Assembly (NCBI GenBank): GCA_016930515.1
Contig: JAFGGO010000027.1
Span: forward strand, 1-64,000
DNA length: 64,000 nt
Direction: 5' to 3'
Origin: Promethearchaeota archaeon
GTDB taxonomy: Archaea; Asgardarchaeota; Lokiarchaeia; Sigyniarchaeales; SOKP01
In this document: positions 1 through 10,151 of the stretch, one piece after another
Layout of the letters: every line of letters starts with the position of its first letter
Numbering within the stretch: position 1 is the stretch's first letter
Notes under the pieces: model-generated
What the model saw: the letters and a program-made list of their open reading frames with translations, nothing else
What the model was told of the DNA's origin: nothing
The model's database searches: none
Translations under genes and position numbers: made by a program

Positions 1-294
1 CAACTATTTTAGTAAATCAAATGATTGCTTTTTCTACGATTTTTGTTCTATAGTCAACCTTAATCCATAGAAACCTCATTTTTTTCATATTCATTGTAAT
101 TTGGTTTTTTTGGGTTCCAAGTTTTTTAAATTGGTTATTAAACAAATAAAGAAATTAATATGAAATAATGAGATCTTGCTAAAAGGAAGAAATAAGATAT
201 TATAAAGCATTAAATGAAAAAAAAAGTGTTGATTGTTAAAAATAGTCCCATATTTCAAGAATGATTTTTATTTTTTCGCTTATTATTAAATTGT

Positions 295-1050
295 ATGGAT
301 CTTAAATATCTCAAGCTTTCTATCGAAAATAAGGTAGCTCTAGTCACTTTGCATCGCCCCGACAAGAGAAATGCTCTTTCTCCTGAAGTATTAGGCGAGA
401 TTGAAGCATTATTCACGCAATTAGGCGAAAACAAGGAAGTTAATGTGATCGTATTTACAGGTGGAGAACAATATTTTTCCGCAGGTTTCGACCTTAATTT
501 CGTGCGAACGCTAGAAAAAGTATCGAACGAGGATTTCACGGCTCTCTTTCATAGAGCTTATCGGGCAATGATGTTTTGCACTCAACCCGTCATTGCGGCA
601 GTTGGCGGTCCAGCGATCGCAGGTGGCTTTGATCTTAGCTTGATGTGCGACATTCGGTACGCGTCCGAACGGGCTAAATTTGGCCAACGGGAAATTGTCC
701 TCTCGCTCACTCCCGTCATGGACCCTTTGTGGCGGATCATTGGGTTAGGACGCGCCTTGGAGGTTGCTCTCACGGGTAGAATTTACGACGCACACGAAGC
801 CGAACATATGGGATATGTGAGCAAGGTTTTTCCCGAGGGAAAGTTGCTCGATTCAGTCATGGAAATAGCAAAAACAATGGCGTCTTATGATCGCGAAGTC
901 TTGCACGAAACGAAACAACTCGCCCAAAATGTCGTAAATCAAGACTTGGATGGAGCAATGAGGCTTCAAGAGTGGCTTTTTAGGTCATTTATAGGTTCGG
1001 AAGATAATCATAAGAGGGTGGACGCTCTATTGGAGAGTCTTAAAAAATAA
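295..1050 (+). CDS. Enoyl-CoA hydratase/isomerase (crotonase superfamily)
   Basis: RPDKRNALS, FSAGFDL, PVIAAVGGPAIAGGFDLSLMCDIRYA and FGQRE crotonase motifs. Confidence 0.9.
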   Translation: MDLKYLKLSIENKVALVTLHRPDKRNALSPEVLGEIEALFTQLGENKEVNVIVFTGGEQYFSAGFDLNFVRTLEKVSNEDFTALFHRAYRAMMFCTQPVIAAVGGPAIAGGFDLSLMCDIRYASERAKFGQREIVLSLTPVMDPLWRIIGLGRALEVALTGRIYDAHEAEHMGYVSKVFPEGKLLDSVMEIAKTMASYDREVLHETKQLAQNVVNQDLDGAMRLQEWLFRSFIGSEDNHKRVDALLESLKK

Positions 1051-1150
1051 ACGAAAATATCTTAAAAACACTACCTTTTTTCTTTTCTTATTACAAGTAT
1101 TCCCCTTAATAACAAACAATAATAGTTTGGTAGTCATAAATTAATTATAT

Positions 1151-3214
1151 ATGGATTTGATATTGCGTAAAAGGGACCTCGTTAAGGCACCCAATTTGAA
1201 AAAAACTTTTACCTTGATAAACCAGCACTTGTATGGCAGACTAAAATACACCGATACCGACACGAGGACTCGTTCGAAAGAAATCGTCAACTTGTTATTG
1301 ATTAAACTGGTAGACGAAATGACGAAATCGGCTGATGATGAGTTAGATTTTTGCGTCAAGAATTCAGAAACGGATCGAGAATTGTATGAAAGGTTGCAAT
1401 CGTTTTTCACTTCAAAAGTAAAAAGGAAATATCCTGACCTTTTATCTGATAAAGATTTTCTATCTTTGAATCCCGAACTTACCAAATTAATCGTTCAAGA
1501 ATTGCAGCATATCTCACTCTTACGCTCATCAAAAGATGTGTTTGCTGACGCTTTTGAAGTCTTTGTAAGTAAACTCTTAAAAGAAGAAGGAGGTCAATTT
1601 TTCACACCTTCTAATGTTGTTCGGTTTATGGTGCGCTATTTAAATCCAAATCTCACCTCGCTAGTGTTAGATCCTGCCTGCGGGCATGGAGGTTTTTTAT
1701 TAGAAGTAAAAGACTTATTATGGGAAAAAATCAACCAAGCAGAGGTTAACGCTTTTGAATTTGGAAAAAAAATCGTTTCTAACTTATATGGCATTGATAA
1801 AGACGCCTTTTTGGTGAAAATATGCAAGCTCTATTTGGAGATTTTGAGCAGTGGAAAATCCAATATCGTATGCGAAGACTCGCTAGATCCTCTGAATTAT
1901 CGTTCTCAAGCCCGTGAACTCATCAAAAATGAGAAATTTGATGTGGTGCTCACGAATCCTCCGTTTGGTGCTAAAATACCCATAGAAGAAAAGAGAATCT
2001 TGGAATTGTACGAGCTTGGATACCAATGGAAAAGCTTTGGTAAGGATAGTTGGAAAAGATCCTCAATACTCGTGAAAAAAAAGGCACCTCAAATATTATT
2101 TATCGAGCGGTGCGTTCAATTATTAAAAAACGGAGGCAAATTAGGGATCATCTTGCCTGAGGGTATATTTGGAAATGTTTCTGATGGAAATATATGGGAA
2201 TTTTTAAAATCAAAAGGAATAGTCCTAGGTGTTGTCTCTTTAAGCCAGAATACATTTCAACCATATACCTGTAATAAAACAAGCATTTTATTCTTCCAAA
2301 AACTTGAAAAAATACCTAAAGATTACGAGATCCAGTTTGCTATCGTAAATCATGTGGGACACGATAAGGACGGAAAAGATCTTTTCAAATTAAACCGAGA
2401 CGGAAGTAAGAAGCTAGACAATGATGGTAAACAAATTATTAATGATGATTTGTTAGAACTTAACGAGAAAATGAAAAAATGTGAGAGATTTAATTATCAC
2501 AAAAAGCAGCTCGTTTTCAAGATAAATTATAGCGAAATAAAAAACAACATTTTCATCCCGTACTATTACACTGGGGTGGAAAAAAAACTTAAAATACTCC
2601 AAGAAAACAAGGATTATGTACTCAGATCAATAAAGGATTTAGTAAAAAATAAAATTATATATTCACCTAAAAATAACCACCTTCCACGAGGAGACGAAAT
2701 AGGCTCTCATGTGTATGGCCTGGGTGAAGTACCATTCATAAGGACGAGCGAAATTTCTAATTGGGAAATAAACCTTGACGCTCATAAAAAAACCTCTAAA
2801 GAAGTATACGAGCAATATAAGCATAAACAAAACATCGAATTTGGGGACCTCTTACTGGTAAAAGACGGTGGACCTAATTTAATTGGAAAAACTGCGTTCG
2901 TTACTGAACTCGATACTAACATAATCATTCAAAGCCATATTTTCCAGCTTAAATGCTTGGAAAACGACGATGCAATCGATCCTTACCTCCTCATTTACTT
3001 GCTCAATTTAGATATCGTTCAACAACAAATTCAAGCAATAACTTTCGTACAGGGAACCATAGCAACGATCGGAAACCGCGTGATGGATGTAATCTTACCT
3101 TTACCGGCACAAAAAGAGAAAAGAAAAGAAATCTCAACTCGTGTTCGGGAAATCATTGAAAAAAAGGTCGAAATCAGAAAAAAAATGAAAGTGCTCTCAT
3201 TGGATTTAGATTAA
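1151..3214 (+). CDS. N6-adenine DNA methyltransferase (HsdM-like) fused to a C-terminal HsdS-like target-recognition half-domain
   Basis: GQFFTP, DPACGHGGF (motif I), VLTNPPFG (motif IV), LFIERCVQLLKNGGKLGIILPEG; C-terminal VPFIRTSEI..GDLLLVKDG..IGKTAFV..DPYLLIYLLN..LPLP resembles a TRD. Confidence 0.88.
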   Translation: MDLILRKRDLVKAPNLKKTFTLINQHLYGRLKYTDTDTRTRSKEIVNLLLIKLVDEMTKSADDELDFCVKNSETDRELYERLQSFFTSKVKRKYPDLLSDKDFLSLNPELTKLIVQELQHISLLRSSKDVFADAFEVFVSKLLKEEGGQFFTPSNVVRFMVRYLNPNLTSLVLDPACGHGGFLLEVKDLLWEKINQAEVNAFEFGKKIVSNLYGIDKDAFLVKICKLYLEILSSGKSNIVCEDSLDPLNYRSQARELIKNEKFDVVLTNPPFGAKIPIEEKRILELYELGYQWKSFGKDSWKRSSILVKKKAPQILFIERCVQLLKNGGKLGIILPEGIFGNVSDGNIWEFLKSKGIVLGVVSLSQNTFQPYTCNKTSILFFQKLEKIPKDYEIQFAIVNHVGHDKDGKDLFKLNRDGSKKLDNDGKQIINDDLLELNEKMKKCERFNYHKKQLVFKINYSEIKNNIFIPYYYTGVEKKLKILQENKDYVLRSIKDLVKNKIIYSPKNNHLPRGDEIGSHVYGLGEVPFIRTSEISNWEINLDAHKKTSKEVYEQYKHKQNIEFGDLLLVKDGGPNLIGKTAFVTELDTNIIIQSHIFQLKCLENDDAIDPYLLIYLLNLDIVQQQIQAITFVQGTIATIGNRVMDVILPLPAQKEKRKEISTRVREIIEKKVEIRKKMKVLSLDLD

Positions 3215-3244
3215 GTATTAAAATCGTGAAAAAAAGGAAAAAGA

Positions 3245-5032
3245 CTAATAAAGGGCGTCGATCTGTTCTCCGTATTTTTGAAAAACATTTCGTCGCTTTA
3301 ATTTCATGGTTTGCGTTAAGAGTCCGTTTTCAAGAGTGAAGTCTTCTGCCGTAAAGATTAACTTCTTAGGAACCTCATAATGCGCAAAATTATCTTTCAA
3401 CTGATTTTGTACGGTTTCCTTTAGAAGCTGCTGGATTTCTGGATTTTTTACAAGATCAGAAGGATTTATCTCGGATATTCCCATTTCTTTAGCCTCGATT
3501 CCAAGTATACCAAAGTCAGGAACAACTATTCCAACATTATATGGTTTTCCATCTCCAAAAATCATGATGTTTGCAACCAGTGGGTTGAGCTTTATTTCTT
3601 CCTCAATGGCTGCGGGATGGACATATTTACCATTTTCAAGTTTATATTCTTCCTTGAACCTGCCCGTAATGTGTAAGAATCCGTCTTCGTCGAACCATCC
3701 TCTATCGCCAGTTCGAACTCCTTTTCCTAAGACAGGGTCTTCTACCATGGTCTCTGCGGTTTTAGCTGGTTTGTTGTGATATCCTTGCATTACATTAGGA
3801 CCATAGCAGATAATTTCGCCGTCCAAGCTATCTTCTCCGACTAAGGACTTGTCAATAACTATCGTGACATTTTCGATTGGTCTTCCTACCGTGCCTATTT
3901 TTTGAGCCGAAGGACAATTCACGGTCATGGTTGGAGATGTTTCTGTCATGCCGTAGCAATCGTAGGTGGGAACGCCTAGATCGATGAAAAATTGAGCAAT
4001 ATCCGGGTTCATAACAGCACTACCTGTGACCGAAAACCTTAATCGACCTCCAAATAATTCCCGCAAGTTTGAAAACATGAATTCCATTGATTGTTTTTCT
4101 TCTTCGTCAATAGTTCCCCCTTCTCTCAATATTTTTGAATTTTCTATTGCTTTGAGGAATGCGCTCTCTACATCTGGACCTGCTTCTTTCATTTTATGGT
4201 GTATGCCGTTATAAATGTTATTAAAAACGCGTGGAACCGCCATGAATATTGTAGGTTTTACTTTTTGCATGTCTTCTGTTAATGTTAATGTCGTTTCCAT
4301 GAGTCCAACAGACATGCCGTGATATGTGTTTAAGTATAATTCTGAGGTTTGACCATAACTATGAGCCCAAGGAAGGATCCCAAAGGTAACATCATTTTCA
4401 TCTATGCCTGGAAAAGCCGCGTGAGAGCCTAGTAAATTAGAAGTAAAATTTCCGTGACTTAAGAGCACGCCCTTAGGATCTCCCGTTGTTCCAGATGTGT
4501 AAATGAGGCCAGCAATATCACTCCAGTGTGGTTTCAGAGAGGGTACTGGATTTTTTGCACCTAATTCTTCTAAATTCGACATGGTATTGTTTCCTTCACC
4601 ACGAATTATGAATATTTTCTCCAATGTATCAATGTCGCCCTTAAAGTCTTTTATTTTCTCATATACATCGTTATTCACCACGAACAAGAAGCGTAATCCG
4701 CTGTCCTTAATAATATAATGCCATACCTTAACTAATTCTTTCTCGTACATTGGAACCAACCTAGCATTAAGACCATAAGTTGCGTACGCAATGACGGCCC
4801 ATTCCACGCTGTTATCGATTATAAGTCCTACGGATTCTTGTTCTTTCAGACCGATATGTGCCAAGCCTCCTCGGAGATTGTTAACTCTATCGGTCACTTG
4901 CTCATAAGTGGTCCATTCGTAATCTCCGTTAGAATTTTTCGTACCAATAAACGGGCGCTTTCCAAACTTTTTGACTGCGTCTTTAAAGAGATCAACCAAA
5001 TTCGTTGGATACTTGAACCATTCTTCTTTCAT
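3245..5032 (-). CDS. fadD: Long-chain-fatty-acid--CoA ligase (AMP-binding)
   Basis: IYTSGTTGDPKG P-loop, YGMTET, RTGD, ITGRFKE, KLKR. Confidence 0.92.
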   Translation of the reverse strand: MKEEWFKYPTNLVDLFKDAVKKFGKRPFIGTKNSNGDYEWTTYEQVTDRVNNLRGGLAHIGLKEQESVGLIIDNSVEWAVIAYATYGLNARLVPMYEKELVKVWHYIIKDSGLRFLFVVNNDVYEKIKDFKGDIDTLEKIFIIRGEGNNTMSNLEELGAKNPVPSLKPHWSDIAGLIYTSGTTGDPKGVLLSHGNFTSNLLGSHAAFPGIDENDVTFGILPWAHSYGQTSELYLNTYHGMSVGLMETTLTLTEDMQKVKPTIFMAVPRVFNNIYNGIHHKMKEAGPDVESAFLKAIENSKILREGGTIDEEEKQSMEFMFSNLRELFGGRLRFSVTGSAVMNPDIAQFFIDLGVPTYDCYGMTETSPTMTVNCPSAQKIGTVGRPIENVTIVIDKSLVGEDSLDGEIICYGPNVMQGYHNKPAKTAETMVEDPVLGKGVRTGDRGWFDEDGFLHITGRFKEEYKLENGKYVHPAAIEEEIKLNPLVANIMIFGDGKPYNVGIVVPDFGILGIEAKEMGISEINPSDLVKNPEIQQLLKETVQNQLKDNFAHYEVPKKLIFTAEDFTLENGLLTQTMKLKRRNVFQKYGEQIDALY

Positions 5033-5321
5033 ATAAGTTCATTACCTCTAATTTATAGAAAAATATGATTAAATTTTGAAAAAATTTATTTTACCATTAC
5101 AAATTTACGAATAGTTATAAATTTTAATCTAAATTTTTAAAGAAATTTATGATTGATGATTAGTGTTCGCTGAAAATATGACAGAACTGTGAAAAAAAGC
5201 AAGGAAAATTATATTATCCTCAAATAATAATTCTTTTTTATCTTAATGGCTTCTCCCAAATATCGTATGAATTAATTTTCGTTTAGAATATAATTTAATC
5301 TTTATAAATAAAGCAAAAATC

Positions 5322-6422
5322 ATGAAAAGATTTAAGAGCATCGATCTCTTGCGTGGATTGTCCATGGTGTGGATGATATATGGCCATATAATGGATTGGT
5401 GGCTCGAACCTTCCAGTTATTGGTTTTATCATTGTATTCGGGCAATGGGGGACGTCTTTGGATCGGGATCGTTTATCTTTCTTTCGGGGATTAGCACGAT
5501 GATTTCTTATCGAAGGAGAAATGAAAGAGCTCTCTCTTCGGGTGGAAGTGATTTCTCGCAAGTTAGAACCGAATATCTCTTTAGAGCATTCTTTTTCTTA
5601 CTTGTGGCCTTTGGATATAACTTTATCGTTTCAATAATGGCAATGAATTTTTTCTTGATTTGGAACTGGTTTGTACTCCAAACCGTGGCGTTCTCGCTAT
5701 TTCTAGCTTGGCCATTACTAAAAAGTTCTAAATTAGTGCGAATCATCTTAGGGGCGCTAATAATGATTGGAAATCAAATTCTTCTCGCCTTCCTACTTCC
5801 TTACGAAGGGGAGGCAAATATCCTTGGCGTTTTATTCCACATCTTTTATACAAATATCAAACTCGACCCAATTTTTTCGTTCTTCCCATTCTTTTTGATA
5901 GGTACTGTATTAGGAGATCTCGTACACGATCTATCTAAAATAGAGCATTCAGAAGAGCAAATGACCTTGGTAAGAAAACAGTTATTGTTTCCTTCGTTAA
6001 TCTTGGGAACGATATTATATTTAACTGGCATCGTCTATTTATTTCCCACTTTCATCCATCACAGGACCTTTCCGTGGTTGATTTATGACCTCGGGTTTAT
6101 TTTAATTGTTAGTTCAATGTTTATTAGCTTGGATTTCCTCGGTGCGTTAGATCGAAAGAAAAGCTATAAGTCTCTATTTTATTTCTCTTATTATTCAATT
6201 TCAGCGTATTTGGCTCATAATCTCTTATTTTTCGTATTTACCCAAAAACTTAATTGGATTTTATTAACACCTGCCGCGTTTATAACAATAATTCTTGTAG
6301 GCGTGCTTTTAAGGGCACTTTACAAGTCAAAATATAGGGAAGACGTATCGCTTAAGGTTCAAATTGGAAAAATAGCATTGTATCTCACGAAAAAGATTGA
6401 AAATAGGAAATTATCCTTATAA
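5322..6422 (+). CDS. Membrane acyltransferase-like protein (HGSNAT-catalytic/DUF1624-like)
   Basis: N-terminal RFKSIDLLRGLSMVWMIYGH, FIFLSGIS, VLQTVA; about 10 TM segments. Confidence 0.7.
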   Translation: MKRFKSIDLLRGLSMVWMIYGHIMDWWLEPSSYWFYHCIRAMGDVFGSGSFIFLSGISTMISYRRRNERALSSGGSDFSQVRTEYLFRAFFFLLVAFGYNFIVSIMAMNFFLIWNWFVLQTVAFSLFLAWPLLKSSKLVRIILGALIMIGNQILLAFLLPYEGEANILGVLFHIFYTNIKLDPIFSFFPFFLIGTVLGDLVHDLSKIEHSEEQMTLVRKQLLFPSLILGTILYLTGIVYLFPTFIHHRTFPWLIYDLGFILIVSSMFISLDFLGALDRKKSYKSLFYFSYYSISAYLAHNLLFFVFTQKLNWILLTPAAFITIILVGVLLRALYKSKYREDVSLKVQIGKIALYLTKKIENRKLSL

Positions 6423-6490
6423 TAATATTTCTCTTTATCTTTTTCTCTAAAAATTTATATATTTTAACACCAATACAACAATAGATCTAA

Positions 6491-7387
6491 ATGAAAGACG
6501 ATATTTCTAATAAAATGATCATAACGGCCGCCCTCACGGGAGCATCAACTACTCGAGAACAAAATCCCGCAATACCGCATACGGCAGAAGAATTTGGAGA
6601 GGAGGCTAAGAAATGCTACGAAGCTGGAGCGTCAATCGTTCACTTGCATGTGAGGAATCCGACAACTGGGCTTCCCGAGATCGATCTAGAAATAATCCGG
6701 GCGGCACTCGCAAACATTAAATCGAAAGCTCCCGATCTGATCATAAATCTCAGCACGGCCATAAATACTTTAGCAACCCAAGAGCAGAGAATCGCTCCCG
6801 TGAAGAACTTTAAACCACCGCTCGCCTCCTTAAACTCAAATTCTATGAACTTTTCTATCGGGGACTATAAAACTGGAAGGGTTATCAAGGGAGGAGATAA
6901 CATATTTGCAAACGACTTTAAACTCGTGCAAGCTTTTGCCAAGGAAATGAAAAATGTAGGAACTAAACCGGAGATCGAGATTTACGACATGGGTGGCATG
7001 TATAATATTCTATTTCTCAACAAGCAAGATGGGCTATTCAAACAACCTTTACATTTTCAATTCGTTTTTGGAGTATTAGGGGGGATTCCTTTTACAATGC
7101 AAAATTTGGCATTATTAACCGCCCTCTTACCTCCTGGCTCAACTTGGAGCGTATGTGGTGTTGCAAAGCAACAATTTCAAGCAGGCATTTGCGCTGCTGC
7201 ATTGGGTGGACATGTGCGAGTTGGTTTGGAAGATAATATTCGGCTTATTTCTGGTGAACTGGCGAAAGGAAGTTGGGAGCAGGTAGAATGGGCCGTTCGA
7301 TTGGCAAGAATAACGGGAAGGGACGTAGCAAGTCCTTCTGAAACTCGAGAACTTTTACGCTTGCGAAACAAAGATATTTCAATTTAA
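6491..7387 (+). CDS. kce: Beta-keto acid cleavage enzyme (3-keto-5-aminohexanoate cleavage family, DUF849)
   Basis: IITAALTG, NPAIP, GASIVHLHVR, PEIEIYD, GGHVRVGLEDN. Confidence 0.9.
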   Translation: MKDDISNKMIITAALTGASTTREQNPAIPHTAEEFGEEAKKCYEAGASIVHLHVRNPTTGLPEIDLEIIRAALANIKSKAPDLIINLSTAINTLATQEQRIAPVKNFKPPLASLNSNSMNFSIGDYKTGRVIKGGDNIFANDFKLVQAFAKEMKNVGTKPEIEIYDMGGMYNILFLNKQDGLFKQPLHFQFVFGVLGGIPFTMQNLALLTALLPPGSTWSVCGVAKQQFQAGICAAALGGHVRVGLEDNIRLISGELAKGSWEQVEWAVRLARITGRDVASPSETRELLRLRNKDISI

Positions 7388-7432
7388 TTTGGAATATAAC
7401 TACTCTTTTATTTGAAGGAAAAAAAGAAAATA

Positions 7433-8188
7433 TTATCTGATGAATAACTCCTTGATAAATCGTGGAAGAACAAAACCAATGTAAAACGAGATTGCCGAAA
7501 TAATGCCGCAAAGTCTTGAAATCACGACGATTATTTCCCCAAAATCAACAAAAAAGGTTTCAATGATCGCTCCAGATGTAAAAACAATAAAAGCAACCAA
7601 CAAGAACTTTCCTTTTAGGCGAATCTCCCTATTGTCAGCCTCTAATGCGATATAGGAAAATATTATTCCAGTTACGACAAAAGATAAGGACGCAAATAGA
7701 ATGAAAACATCTACAATATCGTTCCAGTCTGCGTAATAGGGGCTTTTTCTCGTCCCGATGGACGAGTAATCCGTAAGGAACGACGCCAAGAAGTAAATCT
7801 CAAACAGTATTCCCATAACAACCATTATACATACTAAACTTTTACGTAATTTATCCTTGGTTTTGAGAACAATGTCTCCAAAGGCCTGTATCCACGTGTA
7901 GAACATGAAAGGTATAAACGCGTTCGCCAAGAAGAAATAAATAGGGTCCGCTAATTGATATTTAACATCCCCGCCAATGGTCATGGTCAAGAAAGAGATG
8001 GAATCGCCCCACCAGGCTGTCGTGAGCAAGATCCAAGTAAGACCTACCAATAATAGCTGCCTGTCTTTATATTTAAAATATTTAACGATTATCAATATCC
8101 CTAAAATAAGGGAAATTAAGGTAAAACCTAAACTAACTGCTCCTTGTAAAAATTGAATTGGTGTGATTGGTGTCATTTTATTTTTCAC
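7433..8188 (-). CDS. Orphan 7-TM membrane protein, copy 1 of tandem array
   Basis: About 7 hydrophobic segments; shares QGA..KY.KYKD.QLLLVG.TW..WW.D..YFFLANA and FYIGFVLP with neighbours. Confidence 0.8.
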   Translation of the reverse strand: MKNKMTPITPIQFLQGAVSLGFTLISLILGILIIVKYFKYKDRQLLLVGLTWILLTTAWWGDSISFLTMTIGGDVKYQLADPIYFFLANAFIPFMFYTWIQAFGDIVLKTKDKLRKSLVCIMVVMGILFEIYFLASFLTDYSSIGTRKSPYYADWNDIVDVFILFASLSFVVTGIIFSYIALEADNREIRLKGKFLLVAFIVFTSGAIIETFFVDFGEIIVVISRLCGIISAISFYIGFVLPRFIKELFIR

Positions 8189-8311
8189 TATGAAATAGTT
8201 CGTAGCTTATTGATTAATAGACCAATGTGACTACAATATATATATAGCTATTGGAATTCCTTACAGAAGCGTCAAAAAGAATCTATAATTATATAAAATT
8301 CTAATGTTATT

Positions 8312-9055
8312 TTATACAATTTTGAAAATTTTTTTTACAAATTTTGGTAAAACGAACCCAATATAGAAACAAATAGCTGAAGTAATTCCAAGTATCCGGG
8401 CAATTATTATTACTGCTAAAACATCTGTAAATAATATTTCAAGGAAGGTTGCTAATGTGAAAACGACAAATGCACCTAACAAGAACCACCCCTTCAATTT
8501 GATATGTAGTTTTTCTGATTTTATGGCCGTGTATGAGAAAACCATTCCCGTGATTACCAGAAACACGGATCCGCTCAACAAATATGTATTTACATACCAA
8601 TTCCAATCGACTATGTAATAATCTATTCTTCTTCCTAATAGTCTATAATCGTAAAAGAATATTATCAAAAATACGATCTCAAAAATTATTGCCCAAAGGA
8701 CGAGAATATTTCTTATTATCTTCTTTAATTTCTGTTTCTGGTCAACAAAAACTAATTCGCTAACAGTTTTTGGCCACATGTAAAAAATTGGTGCTATGAA
8801 TGCGTTCGCAAGGAAAAAATAGGTTTCATTTGGTAAAACATTGGTTGTGAACATGTAATATATAAATGTCAATGCGTCTCCCCACCAAGGGGAAGTTATT
8901 AACATCCATGTCATCCCTACCAAGATTAATTGTTTATCCCTGTATTTATAATATTTATATAACATTAATCCACCTAATACCCCAGATATTGCCGTAAAAA
9001 TCCAAGTTAATGCTCCTTGTAAGATAATTAGTACAGGATCTGTTGAAAATGTCAT
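8312..9055 (-). CDS. Orphan 7-TM membrane protein, copy 2 of tandem array
   Basis: Clear paralog of 7433-8188 (TSPWWGD, YFFLANAF, FYIGFVLPKF). Confidence 0.8.
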   Translation of the reverse strand: MTFSTDPVLIILQGALTWIFTAISGVLGGLMLYKYYKYRDKQLILVGMTWMLITSPWWGDALTFIYYMFTTNVLPNETYFFLANAFIAPIFYMWPKTVSELVFVDQKQKLKKIIRNILVLWAIIFEIVFLIIFFYDYRLLGRRIDYYIVDWNWYVNTYLLSGSVFLVITGMVFSYTAIKSEKLHIKLKGWFLLGAFVVFTLATFLEILFTDVLAVIIIARILGITSAICFYIGFVLPKFVKKIFKIV

Positions 9056-9288
9056 ATTTTTTTCATTCTTTTTTTGAAATTTTTATTCAAATATATACAA
9101 AACTCTACAAATTTAAAACTAGCTTTTAAGATAATATATTAAGATATGATCTGTTTAAATATTAAAAGGAGCAAGATCTTTTTCTAAAAAAATATTGAAA
9201 AAAACCAATAAAATTTTATATTAAGGCGCAACGCATGAAAGGTTTTTCTTATCTACTTATTGAAAAGTAATAAAAAAAAAGAAATTAA

Positions 9289-10006
9289 TTAGAGATTAAA
9301 TAGGTTTTTCACGAATTTTGGAAGGACAAAACCAATATAGAACGCTAGTGCCGAAATAATGCCACAAATTCGAGCAACGAGAATCAATTCGGGAAAATCT
9401 ACGAATATGACTTCTAATAAAGTCCATAAGGTAAAAACAACGAACGCTACGGCCAAGATTTTCCCTTTAGCCCTAACCAGCGAATTTTCCGATTTCATTG
9501 CTTTGTATGAGAACAATAATCCTGTTATTGTAAAAATAATTGCTCCAGATGTAATGTATGCAGTAACGATCGGATTCCATTCTGCCAGATAAACACCTTT
9601 TCGTTCCCCTATTTGCGTGTAATCAGTTAAGAACATGAAGAAAAACACGATCTCAAATACGATCGCCCATATACCAAGAATCCATATTATTGCATTTTTA
9701 ATTTTTGGTTTTTCTGCTAAAACCAAATTTCCAAAAGTTCTTGGCCATAATAAGAACATCGGGAATATAAGTGCGTTAGCAAGGAAAAAATAGGGCGCAT
9801 CTGCTAAATAAGTAGTTTCGTCTCCAATCAGAATCAGGCCACCACGGAGATGTTAAAAAAATCCAAGTAATGCCCACCAGCAACAATTGCTTTTCCTTAT
9901 ATCTAAGGTATTTCAAGATCAACAAAATTCCTAAAATCAAGGAAATTAAAGTGAAGGATAGCGTTAAAGCTCCTTGAATAAATAAAATTGGGTCTGTAAT
10001 TACCAT
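9289..10006 (-). pseudogene. Frameshifted third 7-TM paralog (ORFs 9776-10006 plus 9289-9759)
   Basis: The first frame reads ...TSPWWPDS; homology continues in another frame as LIGDETTYLADAPYFFLANALIFPMFLLWP; junction at about 9826-9837. Confidence 0.85.
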
Positions 10007-10151
10007 TTCCTATTCTATTGAAGTTAATTTATTAATTGTATATAAAAAACGCTCTCTAAATATATAATTTTAGGTCGTTAAGGAAAGATATGTGTTCATT
10101 AAATTTTTGGTCTTTCAATTTTTAAATTTAAAGCATCATTAACAATAATTA

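Noticed and set aside
7433-10006. 7-TM proteins as rhodopsins
   Set aside because: No retinal-binding Lys motif in the last helix
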